A stretch of 64,000 nt of DNA, from positions 2,971 to 66,970 of the forward strand of contig MGHM01000017.1 of NCBI GenBank assembly GCA_001793235.1, read 5' to 3'. Made by a program: the position numbers and the translations under genes. Shown here one piece after another: positions 55,234-64,000 of the stretch. The notes beneath the pieces were generated by a model, which had not been told where the DNA came from, searched no databases, and was given only the letters and a program-made list of their open reading frames with translations. Origin of the DNA: Candidatus Woesebacteria bacterium RIFCSPLOWO2_01_FULL_44_24b. Lineage in GTDB: Bacteria; Patescibacteriota; Microgenomatia; UBA8517. The first letter of the stretch is position 1. Each line of letters begins with the position of its first letter.

Positions 55234-55893
55234 ATGCGACTACTTGTTGTTGAGGATGAACATAAAATCGCGGCGGCATTGAAAAAAGGCTTGGAGCAGG
55301 AAAACTACGCGGTAGATTTGGCTTATGATGGCGAGGAAGGTTATGACTTTGCCTCCACCGAAGACTACGCTGTAATTATTCTTGACTTGATGCTTCCGAA
55401 GATGGACGGTGTAACTGTTTGCAAAAAGCTCCGCGAGGACAACATTCACACGCCAATTTTAATGCTTACTGCAAAAGGCGAGCTGGATGATAAAGTAAGC
55501 GGCCTCAATTCCGGCGCGGACGATTATCTCACAAAGCCATTTGCCTTTGCCGAACTTCTCGCCCGCGTCAAGGCCTTAACCCGAAGGCCCAAGCATACCA
55601 CTCAAACCAAACTGAAGGTTGCAGACTTAACACTCAACACAAATAACTATGAAGTAAAAAGAAATGCTAAAGTTATTCAACTGTCCAAAAAAGAGTTTGC
55701 TTTACTGGAATACTTAATGCGCCACCCAAACACTATTTTGTCCAAAGACCAGATAATTGCCCATATTTGGGATTATGAAGCCGACGTTTTGCCTAATACC
55801 GTGGAGGTTTATATCGGGTATTTAAGAAGAAAACTTCCAAATTTAATTCATACTATACGAGGATTTGGGTACAAGATCGGAGAAGCCAAATGA
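55234..55893 (+). CDS. OmpR-family response regulator
   Basis: MRLLVVEDEHKIAAALKKGLE...AVIILDLMLPKMDG (receiver Asp) plus C-terminal winged-helix ...EVYIGYLRRKL. Confidence 0.85.
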   Translation: MRLLVVEDEHKIAAALKKGLEQENYAVDLAYDGEEGYDFASTEDYAVIILDLMLPKMDGVTVCKKLREDNIHTPILMLTAKGELDDKVSGLNSGADDYLTKPFAFAELLARVKALTRRPKHTTQTKLKVADLTLNTNNYEVKRNAKVIQLSKKEFALLEYLMRHPNTILSKDQIIAHIWDYEADVLPNTVEVYIGYLRRKLPNLIHTIRGFGYKIGEAK

Positions 55894-56900
55894 CCCGCTT
55901 TTCTTCAGCCCGCTTAAAGCTTACTCTTTGGTACTTAATTATTGTCGCGATCGTAAGCTTTTCCTTCAGCGCCATTATTTATAATGGCGTGGTCTCCGAG
56001 CTTGAGCGCGGCTTTCAAATAGCAGAGTTTCATGTTCAAAGCCCAAACAACGTCTTTGTCCCGAGAAAAATTGCCCTTCAAATTTTAAAAGACGATTTTG
56101 AGCTTGCCAAAAAAGCGGTCACCATTCGTCTTTTGTCCATTAACGCAATTATAATCGCGGCCTCCGGAATTGCGGCGTACATTTTGGCCGGCAAAACGCT
56201 TGAGCCTTTGCAGTTAGCGCTTGAAGAGCAAAAACGCTTTACGGCTGATGCGAGTCATGAGCTTAAGACCCCATTGACTGCCTTAAGAACTGAACTCGAA
56301 GTAGCCTTACGAGATAAAAAACTAAATTTAAAAGATGCGAAAAATATGCTAAAAAGCAACTTGGAAGAGGTGGCAAATCTTCAAAACTTGTCAGAAAACC
56401 TCATGAAATTAACAAGATATTCTCAAGGAATAAACGGCATCCGCTTTAATAGACTAAACATCAAAATTCCGCTGGAGCAGGCCATAAAGAAAGTTACTCC
56501 AATGGCAAAAGCTAAAAATATAAAGCTAAGGAAGGACATTTCAAACATAGAAATTAAAGCGGACAGCCAATCGCTTGAGGAGCTATTTATAATACTTCTG
56601 GACAATGCCATTAAATATAGCCCCGAAAAATCGGTAGTTATTATTTCCACTCTCGTTCATCGTAATAAAGTGGCGGTTGACGTGGCAGATCAAGGAGTGG
56701 GTATTGCCAAAGCAGACATTCCCCATTTGTTTGACAGGTTTTACAGGGCTGATGTGTCGCGCAACAAAACCAAAGCAGATGGTTATGGTCTTGGATTGGC
56801 AATAGCCAAAGAAATAGTAGAGCGCCACAAGGGCGAGATTTCAGTGCGAAGCATTGTGGACAAGGGCTCCACTTTCACAGTTTTACTTCCAATATCTTAA
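55890..56900 (+). CDS. Sensor histidine kinase (2 TM, HisKA + HATPase_c)
   Basis: H-box FTADASHELKTPLTALR; N, G1 (DQGVGI) and G2 (GYGLGLAIAK) boxes; overlaps the response-regulator stop by 4 nt. Confidence 0.85.
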   Translation: MTRFSSARLKLTLWYLIIVAIVSFSFSAIIYNGVVSELERGFQIAEFHVQSPNNVFVPRKIALQILKDDFELAKKAVTIRLLSINAIIIAASGIAAYILAGKTLEPLQLALEEQKRFTADASHELKTPLTALRTELEVALRDKKLNLKDAKNMLKSNLEEVANLQNLSENLMKLTRYSQGINGIRFNRLNIKIPLEQAIKKVTPMAKAKNIKLRKDISNIEIKADSQSLEELFIILLDNAIKYSPEKSVVIISTLVHRNKVAVDVADQGVGIAKADIPHLFDRFYRADVSRNKTKADGYGLGLAIAKEIVERHKGEISVRSIVDKGSTFTVLLPIS

Positions 56901-56990
56901 GCATTTCTTCAGATTTAGGGTTTATATTCACAATTAAAGGTGAAAGGGGGCCTGCCCCTCCGTAGCCTTGGCGAAGGGGGGTGAGAATAG

Positions 56991-57467
56991 ATGAAGAAAA
57001 AGATATTTTTATCTAGTGTTGTGATGACCGGGCTTTTGGCGGTTGGGGCAATAGGCATTCTGCCAGCCTCTGCCCAGGAAGCCACAGACTATCCGACAAT
57101 TATCCAAAAGTTGGCCGACAGGTTTGGTCTAAACGTCGAGGAAGTACAGGATGTTTTTGAAGAGGAGCGTGCTGAGCACCATGCTCAAATGCTTGACAGC
57201 TTTGAAGACAGGCTCTCCCAAGCTGTGACTGATGGAAAAATAACAGAGGAGCAAAAACAGGCGATTTTAAATAAGCACGAGGAGCTCACGGCCAAGATGG
57301 AGGAACTAAGAAACCAGAACATAAGCCGCGACGAAATGCACGAACAAATGCGTGCCTATCGTGAGGAGCTTAAAACCTGGGCTGAAGAGCAAGGCATAGA
57401 GTTTACATTCATGGCCAGGTTCGGTGATCACCACCATGGGGGAATGTTTCTGGAAAAGCTAGACTAA
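56991..57467 (+). CDS. Secreted helical protein with LTxxQ-like motif (CpxP/Spy- or DUF2680-like), His-rich C-terminus
   Basis: Signal peptide; KITEEQKQAILNKHEEL; C-terminal GDHHHGG. Confidence 0.45.
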   Translation: MKKKIFLSSVVMTGLLAVGAIGILPASAQEATDYPTIIQKLADRFGLNVEEVQDVFEEERAEHHAQMLDSFEDRLSQAVTDGKITEEQKQAILNKHEELTAKMEELRNQNISRDEMHEQMRAYREELKTWAEEQGIEFTFMARFGDHHHGGMFLEKLD

Positions 57468-57482
57468 ATTTAGCTAGCCAAG

Positions 57483-57519
57483 CAAGATACCTCGCATCTG
57501 CGGGGTATCTTGTATTTTG
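57483..57519 (+). terminator. Rho-independent terminator after the secreted-protein gene
   Basis: 13-bp stem CAAGATACCTCGC-atct-GCGGGGTATCTTG followed by TATTTTG. Confidence 0.6.
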
Positions 57520-57622
57520 ACAAATCAGCAAAAAGGCATTTAACATGTCCCAGTGAGATAGCGAAGCATCTCACGGGATCACATGAGATGTGCTATGCAC
57601 TATCTCATAGTGAGCAAAGGAG

Positions 57623-58156
57623 GTGAGCAGATTGGAAGAAAATACTAAAGAAGATACAACTGAAAATATACAAGAAGCTAATCAGTCAAATAAAATGAAT
57701 CCCATGCTCCTTGTGGGAATTATTGTTGCGGTTTTAATTATTGGTGCAGTTGTGGTTCTTGGAATGGGAGCATCAAATACTGCAGACTCTGTAGCTGAAA
57801 AAACTGAAAACACGGTAGCACCCATAGCCACCACTCAGAGTGAAACGATGGATGAAGCAGCGCCCGAGAACGTAATTGAAGTAGAGGGCGGCTCTTTTTA
57901 CTTTAAGCCAAACGAAATTCGAGTCAAAGCCGGCGAGACTGTCACAATCAAGCTTAACTCGGCAGACATGATGCATGACTTTGTCATTGACGAGCTGGAT
58001 GTTCGAACTGAGATAGTCCAGGGAGGTAGTTCAGGAAGCGTCACATTCACACCCACCGAACCCGGGGAATATGAATTTTACTGCAGTGTGAGTAACCACC
58101 GAGCGCAGGGAATGGTGGGGACACTTATAGTCGAAGAATACACGCTTGTAGAGTGA
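57623..58156 (+). CDS. Membrane-anchored type-1 copper protein (cupredoxin; plastocyanin/halocyanin-like)
   Basis: N-terminal TM; beta domain with MMHDF (His), [20 protein letters not shown] (Cys-x4-His-x4-Met), the complete type-1 Cu ligand set. Confidence 0.7.
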   Translation: MSRLEENTKEDTTENIQEANQSNKMNPMLLVGIIVAVLIIGAVVVLGMGASNTADSVAEKTENTVAPIATTQSETMDEAAPENVIEVEGGSFYFKPNEIRVKAGETVTIKLNSADMMHDFVIDELDVRTEIVQGGSSGSVTFTPTEPGEYEFYCSVSNHRAQGMVGTLIVEEYTLVE

Positions 58157-59285
58157 TAGCCTTCGCAACCACAGAGGCAACATTTCGGTCCAGCACATCA
58201 GGAATTATGTTTTCTGAACTTAAATTCTTGACGTAGTTAGCGAGAGCGTGTGCAGCCGCCAGTTTCATTTTTTCAGTGATAGCCCGTGCATGGCTATCAA
58301 GCGCTCCGCGAAACACCCCCGGGAAAGCAAGTACATTATTCACCTGATTTGGGTAATCACTTCGGCCGCTGGCCACTACTTTTGCTCCGCCTTTTACAGC
58401 CTCTTCGGGCATAATCTCGGGAACAGGATTTGCAAGCGCAAAAACAATAGGATCTTTATTCATTGAAGAAACATCATGAGAAGTCACAATATTCGGCGCG
58501 CTGACACCAATGAAAACATCGGCGTTTTTAAGAGCTTGGGAAAGCGTCCCGGTTTCATGATTAGGATTAGTTAGTTTTGCCATCTTACTTTGTGCCCAAT
58601 TCAAGCCCTTTGTACTTTTATCAATAATGCCGCGGCTATTGACCATAATTATATTTGTGGCTCCCTCCGCCAATAAAATTTTTGCTACCGCAATACCTGC
58701 AGCACCAGCACCTGCAATTACAATCTTGCTTGTTTCAATTTTGCGTTTTGTAACCTTCAGAGCATTAATAAGTGCCGCCAAGACAACAATTGCCGTGCCA
58801 TGCTGATCGTCATGAAAAACGGGAATGTCGAGCACTTTTTTAAGTTTCTCCTCTATCTCAAAACATCGGGGCGCGGAAATATCCTCCAAATTAATAGCTC
58901 CAAAACCTGGAGAGATTGCTTTGACAATGGCAACAATCTCGTTAACTTCTTTTGTATCTAGACAAATTGGATAAGCATCAACTCCGGCAAATTCTTTCAT
59001 AAGGACGGCTTTGCCCTCCATGACAGGAAGGGCGGCTTCGGGACCGATGTCCCCAAGGCCTAAAACTGCCGTGCCGTCGGTCACAATTGCCACTGTATTT
59101 CCTTTACTGGTGTAGTCATAAACTTTACTTTTGTTTTTTGCTATCGCCCGGCTCACGGCGGCAACCCCGGGAGTGTAAGCTAGAGACAAACTGGCTCGGT
59201 TTTTAATAGGAGTTTTGACCAAAAGCCCAATCTTGCCATGATTTTTTTTATGAAGCGCCAGAGCAGCTTTATCAATGTCAATCAT
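58125..59285 (-). CDS. NAD(P)-dependent malic enzyme (short form)
   Basis: [14 protein letters not shown]...[40 protein letters not shown]...[16 protein letters not shown] (NAD-binding). Confidence 0.85.
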   Translation of the reverse strand: MIDIDKAALALHKKNHGKIGLLVKTPIKNRASLSLAYTPGVAAVSRAIAKNKSKVYDYTSKGNTVAIVTDGTAVLGLGDIGPEAALPVMEGKAVLMKEFAGVDAYPICLDTKEVNEIVAIVKAISPGFGAINLEDISAPRCFEIEEKLKKVLDIPVFHDDQHGTAIVVLAALINALKVTKRKIETSKIVIAGAGAAGIAVAKILLAEGATNIIMVNSRGIIDKSTKGLNWAQSKMAKLTNPNHETGTLSQALKNADVFIGVSAPNIVTSHDVSSMNKDPIVFALANPVPEIMPEEAVKGGAKVVASGRSDYPNQVNNVLAFPGVFRGALDSHARAITEKMKLAAAHALANYVKNLSSENIIPDVLDRNVASVVAKAITLQACILRL

Positions 59286-59811
59286 ATAACCTCGGATTTT
59301 TGAACGGTATCAAAGCCAAAATTACTGCTGGTTCATAAAAAGTTGTACGGGTTAAAACATCGCCAGTGAGTATCCCAACTGCGCCATTTGCCTGCTTTGA
59401 ATTTTTCAGTCCAAAGACAATATCGTCTGCTTCCCCCAACTCTTTTCCTTGTTTAATCAGTTGAACAACCTTTTTGGGCAAGAAAAATGCCCCAGTTCTG
59501 CCCTTGCCAAATTTTCCGTTTTTGGACTTAACTACAATCCAGGCAAAGCCTTCCATCCCGCCGTTTCGCTCCTCCAGTCCTCCTTCAATTCCCACCCAAT
59601 AGTCTGCATTGGGCACAAGCTTGGCAACGTTATTGGCTCGATTTGTAGCGCCTATCATGGTTTCTTCCTCACTCATTGGCTGGTCAGAGACTCCGGACGG
59701 GGCAGAAATTCCTTCAACTTTGAAAAGTACTTCAGGAAACATTTTTGCAAACCCAATTTCCGTTGTGTTGATTTTAACAGGATTTGCCGATGCAACTACT
59801 ACTCTTTTCAT
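59278..59811 (-). CDS. Inosine/xanthosine triphosphatase (YjjX/Maf-Ham1-like, DUF84)
   Basis: MKRVVVASANPVKINTTEIGF...SGVSDQPMSEEETMIGATNRA...WVGIEGG... aligns with E. coli YjjX along its length; start at the ATG at 59811. Confidence 0.6.
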   Translation of the reverse strand: MKRVVVASANPVKINTTEIGFAKMFPEVLFKVEGISAPSGVSDQPMSEEETMIGATNRANNVAKLVPNADYWVGIEGGLEERNGGMEGFAWIVVKSKNGKFGKGRTGAFFLPKKVVQLIKQGKELGEADDIVFGLKNSKQANGAVGILTGDVLTRTTFYEPAVILALIPFKNPRLYD

Positions 59812-59841
59812 AGCACTAATTATGATACCATCAGGGGCAAA

Positions 59842-61107
59842 ATGGCCAAAGTACGAGAAGTGGAGTATCTCTCTATCGGCGGTGGGATGGGGAGCTTTTG
59901 CTGGGTTGATACTTTGCGTATTCATGGAGTTTCCTTTAAAGATATCTGTGTAATTTCGCCCAATAAAAAACCGTATCGCCAGTTAAAACTCTACTGTGAT
60001 GCAATAGGGCTTACTAAAAATCAAAGACTTAGAAGCGACTCAGGCAGCCGACCGGATAACTTCTGGGGGTTCCCGGGTTACGGACTATCGGAAGCACTTG
60101 ACGAGCTAAAGAATAAAAAATTTACCAAGGCAGCCAAATTATTACTCCAGTTATTTTTTGAGCCTTTTATTTTCGGTTACTACTCGCCAGCTGCCGGCCG
60201 TGTTTATAAGGCACTTGAGCGTGAGGCAAAAAGAATCGACTGGGAAAAATCTTTAATTATAGGCCATGCCAATAACTTAACAAAATTTCCCGATGGCAGA
60301 TTTAAGATTACTTACAGCCGGGATAACTCAATAATTGCAAGGGTCGTCCACCTGTCTTTGGGGCATGGAAAACTTAGAAAAATCAAAAGTCAAAAATCAA
60401 AAGTCAAAAATGCATACGAATTAGATAATGAGTTTTTAAATAAAATTAAAAGAAAAGGTGGGACTGTAATGGTAATTGGCCGCGGAACTGCCGCGCAGAA
60501 AATAGTTGAACGCCTTTTGGACTTTAAAAAAATCAAGGTTGCTTCTTTGCATAGAGAAGTGGAAAGTCCAAAAGATTTTAGAGGCGTAAAACAAAAAAGG
60601 TTCCTTAGCTGGAGGCTCCAGCAATTTAACTGGCCGCGTGCTGCATTCGGCGGAGGCCTAATGCATGAATCTGACTCACTCTGGAGCTTGCCCTCAGCAA
60701 CACCAGATAAAAATTGGATAAGAAAAGTAAAAAATGCAATTAAAGATGGAAGATATGAAATCACGAAAAGACCTATAAAGGCAAACTTTACTATCGACTG
60801 CTCAGGCTTTGGTGAAGCTGCCAGAACTCACGAATTTTATTCTAAGCTAATAAAAAAATATAATTTGCCGCTGACTCCAAACGGCAGCATCCGGACAGGC
60901 GATGCTTTTGAAATTGAAGCATTGTGCTCCTATAAAACCCGGGTATTTATATCGGGGGCACTTTCCGGATTTTCAGGCCCAGCCGACAGTTTCTTCGGAG
61001 CACAGTTCGCTTCCTTCAAAACACTGGAAAACCTTAATGTCAAAAAAATGGACTTTATAGAGTCCTTTGAAGCTTGGTGCAGGTGGCTTACAAATAAAAA
61101 AATATGA
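59842..61107 (+). CDS. FAD/NAD(P)-binding oxidoreductase (two dinucleotide-binding GxGxxG/A motifs)
   Basis: EYLSIGGGMGSFCW and TVMVIGRGTAAQKIVERL. Start at the ATG at 59842 (the upstream ORF-track extension overlaps the divergent yjjX-like gene). Contains an in-frame 14-nt tandem repeat at 60372-60407. Confidence 0.45.
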   Translation: MAKVREVEYLSIGGGMGSFCWVDTLRIHGVSFKDICVISPNKKPYRQLKLYCDAIGLTKNQRLRSDSGSRPDNFWGFPGYGLSEALDELKNKKFTKAAKLLLQLFFEPFIFGYYSPAAGRVYKALEREAKRIDWEKSLIIGHANNLTKFPDGRFKITYSRDNSIIARVVHLSLGHGKLRKIKSQKSKVKNAYELDNEFLNKIKRKGGTVMVIGRGTAAQKIVERLLDFKKIKVASLHREVESPKDFRGVKQKRFLSWRLQQFNWPRAAFGGGLMHESDSLWSLPSATPDKNWIRKVKNAIKDGRYEITKRPIKANFTIDCSGFGEAARTHEFYSKLIKKYNLPLTPNGSIRTGDAFEIEALCSYKTRVFISGALSGFSGPADSFFGAQFASFKTLENLNVKKMDFIESFEAWCRWLTNKKI

Positions 61108-61451
61108 CACCAACACTTGCGGGAAGGCTTGAAACCAGAATAGTCTTAAGCTTCTTTGTGGCTCTCCCTGTTTTGGTTTTTGCCGGCATGGCAAACATCA
61201 TCTTTATCATGCTTGCCGTGGGCGTTGCCTTGGATTTTGTCTATAACTATTTGCAATACAAGCGCTGGGACGGCGACTGGCCGCTTGTTTTTAGCTTTAT
61301 TGCGGGTGTCACTGAGGGAATAATTTTATGGCTCATTATTGATATCCGAATTCCAATCTACGTCTTGATACTCGTGCTCACCCTGACTGCCCAAGTGCTT
61401 CTGGGAGTTTTCTTTCCGTACAGAAGATTTAAGGGCGGCAGGATTTTGTGA
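61104..61451 (+). CDS. Small membrane protein, hypothetical (115 aa, 3 TM)
   Basis: Hydrophobic ORF overlapping the previous stop by 4 nt. Confidence 0.4.
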   Translation: MTPTLAGRLETRIVLSFFVALPVLVFAGMANIIFIMLAVGVALDFVYNYLQYKRWDGDWPLVFSFIAGVTEGIILWLIIDIRIPIYVLILVLTLTAQVLLGVFFPYRRFKGGRIL

Positions 61452-61462
61452 TATATTAAAGT

Positions 61463-61810
61463 GTGAAGCGCGATACCGTCAAAGCAATTTTTACCAACCT
61501 TCTTTTTGTAATTGGTGTAATTCTAATTATCTTGGGCGGCAGCCGGGCAATTTTAACTGTAGTAAGGCTTGCCGTTTTTGACAAATATCCGCTTGACTCA
61601 TACGCGGAAACGCGCTGCAGCTATGCCCCGATTCCAGCACAAGACGGCGAGGTAATGCCCAAACTTGAAGCGGAATGCATGAGCTCACTGGACTATGAAC
61701 GCAGACTCAAGCTCACTGATGACATTGTCAATTCCTCAACAATGCTTATTTCCGGGATAGCACTTGCACTAAGCTTCAAGAAGTTTATCTTTAGCAAAAA
61801 AGCTAGTTAA
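61463..61810 (+). CDS. Membrane-anchored hypothetical protein (115 aa)
   Basis: N-terminal TM; no motif recognised. Confidence 0.35.
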   Translation: MKRDTVKAIFTNLLFVIGVILIILGGSRAILTVVRLAVFDKYPLDSYAETRCSYAPIPAQDGEVMPKLEAECMSSLDYERRLKLTDDIVNSSTMLISGIALALSFKKFIFSKKAS

Positions 61811-62039
61811 GCTCTTTGCTGGTTTTTCCCTTGTCCTCAGTCATAATCATAAGCTTTGCAAGCTCCTCAACCACTTCCCTGGCATGTTCACGGCTCATGC
61901 CAATCCGGCTTATTATTCTCTTAGTACCCCTGAATTTTTGCATGAAGTTCATGACCACTCCATTCTTATTGGCCGTAATGTTTACAGTATCTGTGTAAAG
62001 AATCAAGGGCAGGTCCCCAGAAATTTTACTTTCTGCCAT
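61803..62039 (-). CDS. Hypothetical small protein (78 aa)
   Basis: ORF with coding-like composition; no motif recognised. Confidence 0.35.
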   Translation of the reverse strand: MAESKISGDLPLILYTDTVNITANKNGVVMNFMQKFRGTKRIISRIGMSREHAREVVEELAKLMIMTEDKGKTSKELN

Positions 62040-62087
62040 GTTGGGAGATTATATCACAACTTGAGGCTGGAGAGTGTATAATAAACC

Positions 62088-62516
62088 ATGGGCAACTATT
62101 TGTTTCTTGTTTTTCTTGTTCCTTTAATTATGGATGTTGTTGGGACCGTAACAGGACAAAAGAAAGAGTATTGGTCCAGTAAATATAAGAAGTACAACGA
62201 GGCGGTGCCTTTTATTGATATTATACTTGGCATAAATCCTCTACTGTTTATTTTAGTTTGCTTAGTTATTTGGATTCCTATCACTTATTGGCTAACACAC
62301 AATTTGCCCCACCCATTAAACCTCTGGGCTTCTCTCGCACTTTTTGCGGCACATGCAACCAATAGCACCAACTGGCTCCGGAAAACCCAATGGAATTTGG
62401 GAATTTTCACCGGCAAAGATAAATTTTCAATGGCTCTGGCCTTAATTCCCATAGCAATTTATTTACTATTTATTGGCTACATTGCAACATGGGGATTGCT
62501 TCAATATTTTTCGTGA
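62088..62516 (+). CDS. Membrane protein, hypothetical (142 aa, 4 TM)
   Basis: Hydrophobic ORF. Confidence 0.4.
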   Translation: MGNYLFLVFLVPLIMDVVGTVTGQKKEYWSSKYKKYNEAVPFIDIILGINPLLFILVCLVIWIPITYWLTHNLPHPLNLWASLALFAAHATNSTNWLRKTQWNLGIFTGKDKFSMALALIPIAIYLLFIGYIATWGLLQYFS

Positions 62517-62723
62517 GCTTTCAGCCTGCCAATGCACGGGTTATGGCGTCTCTGATATTTTTGCCACGATACCACCTTTTATAAAACACGAGTGTTGGTC
62601 CTCTTTGCGGGTTTCTTAAATAAAACTCGTTTATCCTCCCGCCTTTTCCTACGAAGGTTTTCACCAAATCTTCCACTAACTTATTGTTGATTATAACTTA
62701 AGTATAGCATACGGTGCTTACCC

Positions 62724-63966
62724 TCAACTTATGACATCAGACTTTGGTCGTTCTCGGCGGGCCAGAAGTACAAACGGCAAGGCAAGTATCTGAAACCCCG
62801 CACCTGCTATATAAGATAATGGATAACTGCCCAAATCAGCAACTCTGCCAAGAATGGGCTGAATGACCACTCCTCCCGAGGAGCCAACCAGTGAATCAAA
62901 AGAAAGAACTGTCGCCCGCTGTTTTGAAGGAATAAGCCCGTTCATATAAGCCTGGCGAATCGGCGTGACTGCTGCAAAAACCAACCCCCAAAGAACCAAA
63001 AGCGCGATTGCGAGCCAGAAACTACTCGTTAAACCAATCAGAAGTAACAAAATAGAGCTCACAATTACTCCTGCCGCGAGAGCAGAAGTTCTTAATTTAA
63101 ACAACTTCTTGAAGTAAGTTACTGCCATCCCGCCGACTATTTGTGCACAAGCCACAATGGCCGCGGCGAGCCCTGCAATCCAGTATGCGGTCTCGTCACC
63201 GTAAAGCTTTAGTAAATAAGGCTGCATTGCAAAAAAAGCATAGGAAGCTGACTCCCACGCCGAAGGGGGCGGCTATCATCATCCAGCGAATTGCAGGGGC
63301 TCTCAAACCAATGTTAACGGAAGTTGAAAAGATTTTCTTCATGTCTTTGAATATGTATCTGCTTCTCTTTGGCTTAAAGCCCAAGTCATGCATTAATAAA
63401 AATGCAATCAGAAAGTTTAACCCCAAAACTGCTGCTCGCAAAACGTAGGGCACACCCAGGTTACTAAATTGTGCAATCAAACCTCCGCCAACCGAACCCG
63501 CGAGCATCGCAAACCCACCCACAATTTGCCCTTTAGCAAAAACAGACTCCAGTGTTCCTTTGAATTTTGTAAATTTCAAGGCATCGACCAGCCAGGCTTC
63601 GGTTGCCCCCGAAAAGAAAGTAAAACCAAGACCCAAAAGAACAGAAGTTGTTGCAAAGAAGCCAAACGAAGCATGAGCCTGCCAAGCGAACAAATACAAT
63701 AAAGTTGATATCGCCAAGGTTATAGTTCCCAGTAAATATGAAGTTCTGCGACCCAAAGAGTCCGCAATTATCCCCGTTGGTACTTCAAAAATAACCTGCC
63801 CCAAAGTGAAAAACGCGTTGGCGGCAAAAGCCTCGGTATTGGTTAGCCCAGCATCGAGTAAAAAAAGCGTGTTTATACCCCAGATGAAGCTTGCTGCAAG
63901 GGTATTCAGGAGCAGTAAAACCAAATAAGTATTTTGGATGCTCGGGGGTTTTGTAATCATTGTCAT
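62724..63966 (-). pseudogene. MFS transporter split by a frameshift in a homopolymeric A7/T7 tract (N-half 63196-63966, C-half 62724-63227)
   Basis: Two overlapping minus-strand ORFs in different frames encode the consecutive halves of a 12-TM MFS protein (GRRTSYLLG motif in the N-half). The junction lies at aaaaaaa (63229-63235). Confidence 0.55.
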
Positions 63967-64000
63967 ATTGTAGCAGTTTACACTGAAGCAGCACTTATAG

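Noticed and set aside
59449-59841. N-terminal ~130 codons of the ORF-track 552-aa plus-strand ORF.
   Set aside because: It overlaps the well-supported yjjX-like gene on the opposite strand (59278-59811). The dinucleotide-binding protein most plausibly starts at the ATG at 59842 (MAKVREVEYLSIGGGMGS).
1-64000. Searched by eye for CRISPR arrays (regularly spaced 25-40-nt direct repeats), rRNA genes, transposase/integrase genes and IS inverted repeats.
   Set aside because: None found. The only periodic repeats are in-frame (PT)n linkers inside the giant surface-protein gene and a 2.5-copy 14-nt repeat at 60372-60407 inside a CDS.

Overview
This 64 kb window is an AT-rich bacterial chromosomal segment, read in the standard code (TGA is used as a stop, e.g. 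rdgB), that is densely packed with short genes and short intergenic spacers. Housekeeping genes recognisable from their protein sequences are secA (5' part, running off the window start), rarA, serS, greA, rdgB, lon, uppP, truB, sodA, ppaC, hisS, malic enzyme and an OmpR/HK two-component pair. There is also a giant PT-linker surface protein and many hypothetical proteins. The overall flavour resembles a reduced-genome Gram-positive-like or CPR/Patescibacteria-type organism; this is an inference and no search was run. Two tRNAs were found by hand-folding: tRNA-Glu(CUC) and tRNA-His(GUG). No rRNA, CRISPR array, transposase or integrase was seen.

Accessory or unusual content:
- Plus-strand operon at 2934-8899 (rarA at 6483-7646): opens with a four-motif LAGLIDADG-fold protein lacking the canonical catalytic acidic residues (WhiA-like, with a C-terminal HTH-like segment), followed by a 642-aa protein with a ParB/DGQHR-like N-terminus, then rarA.
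- Complete copper-resistance island at 11001-18320: CsoR, CopA (CPC), CopB-like (CPH), CopZ, a membrane-cupredoxin fusion, with an embedded L,D-transpeptidase.
- Two type II toxin-antitoxin pairs: Phd/RelE and DinJ/YafQ-like.
- A roughly 140-bp, roughly 90% identical direct repeat duplicating the 3' end of a PIG-L deacetylase gene and bracketing an HExxH metallopeptidase-like gene. This looks like an insertion or cassette footprint.
- A translationally coupled operon at 29036-34613 of an amidinotransferase-fold enzyme, a TRZ/ATZ-type amidohydrolase, a CxxxCxxC (radical-SAM-like) protein, three phosphoribosyltransferase paralogs and a small Cys-rich protein. It is preceded by a near-consensus sigma70 promoter, a 20-codon Arg/Asn-rich leader ORF and an intrinsic terminator.

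The operon at 29036-34613 is my best candidate for an undescribed nucleobase or nucleotide-related pathway. All family assignments are from motif recognition by eye and need HMM or structure confirmation.
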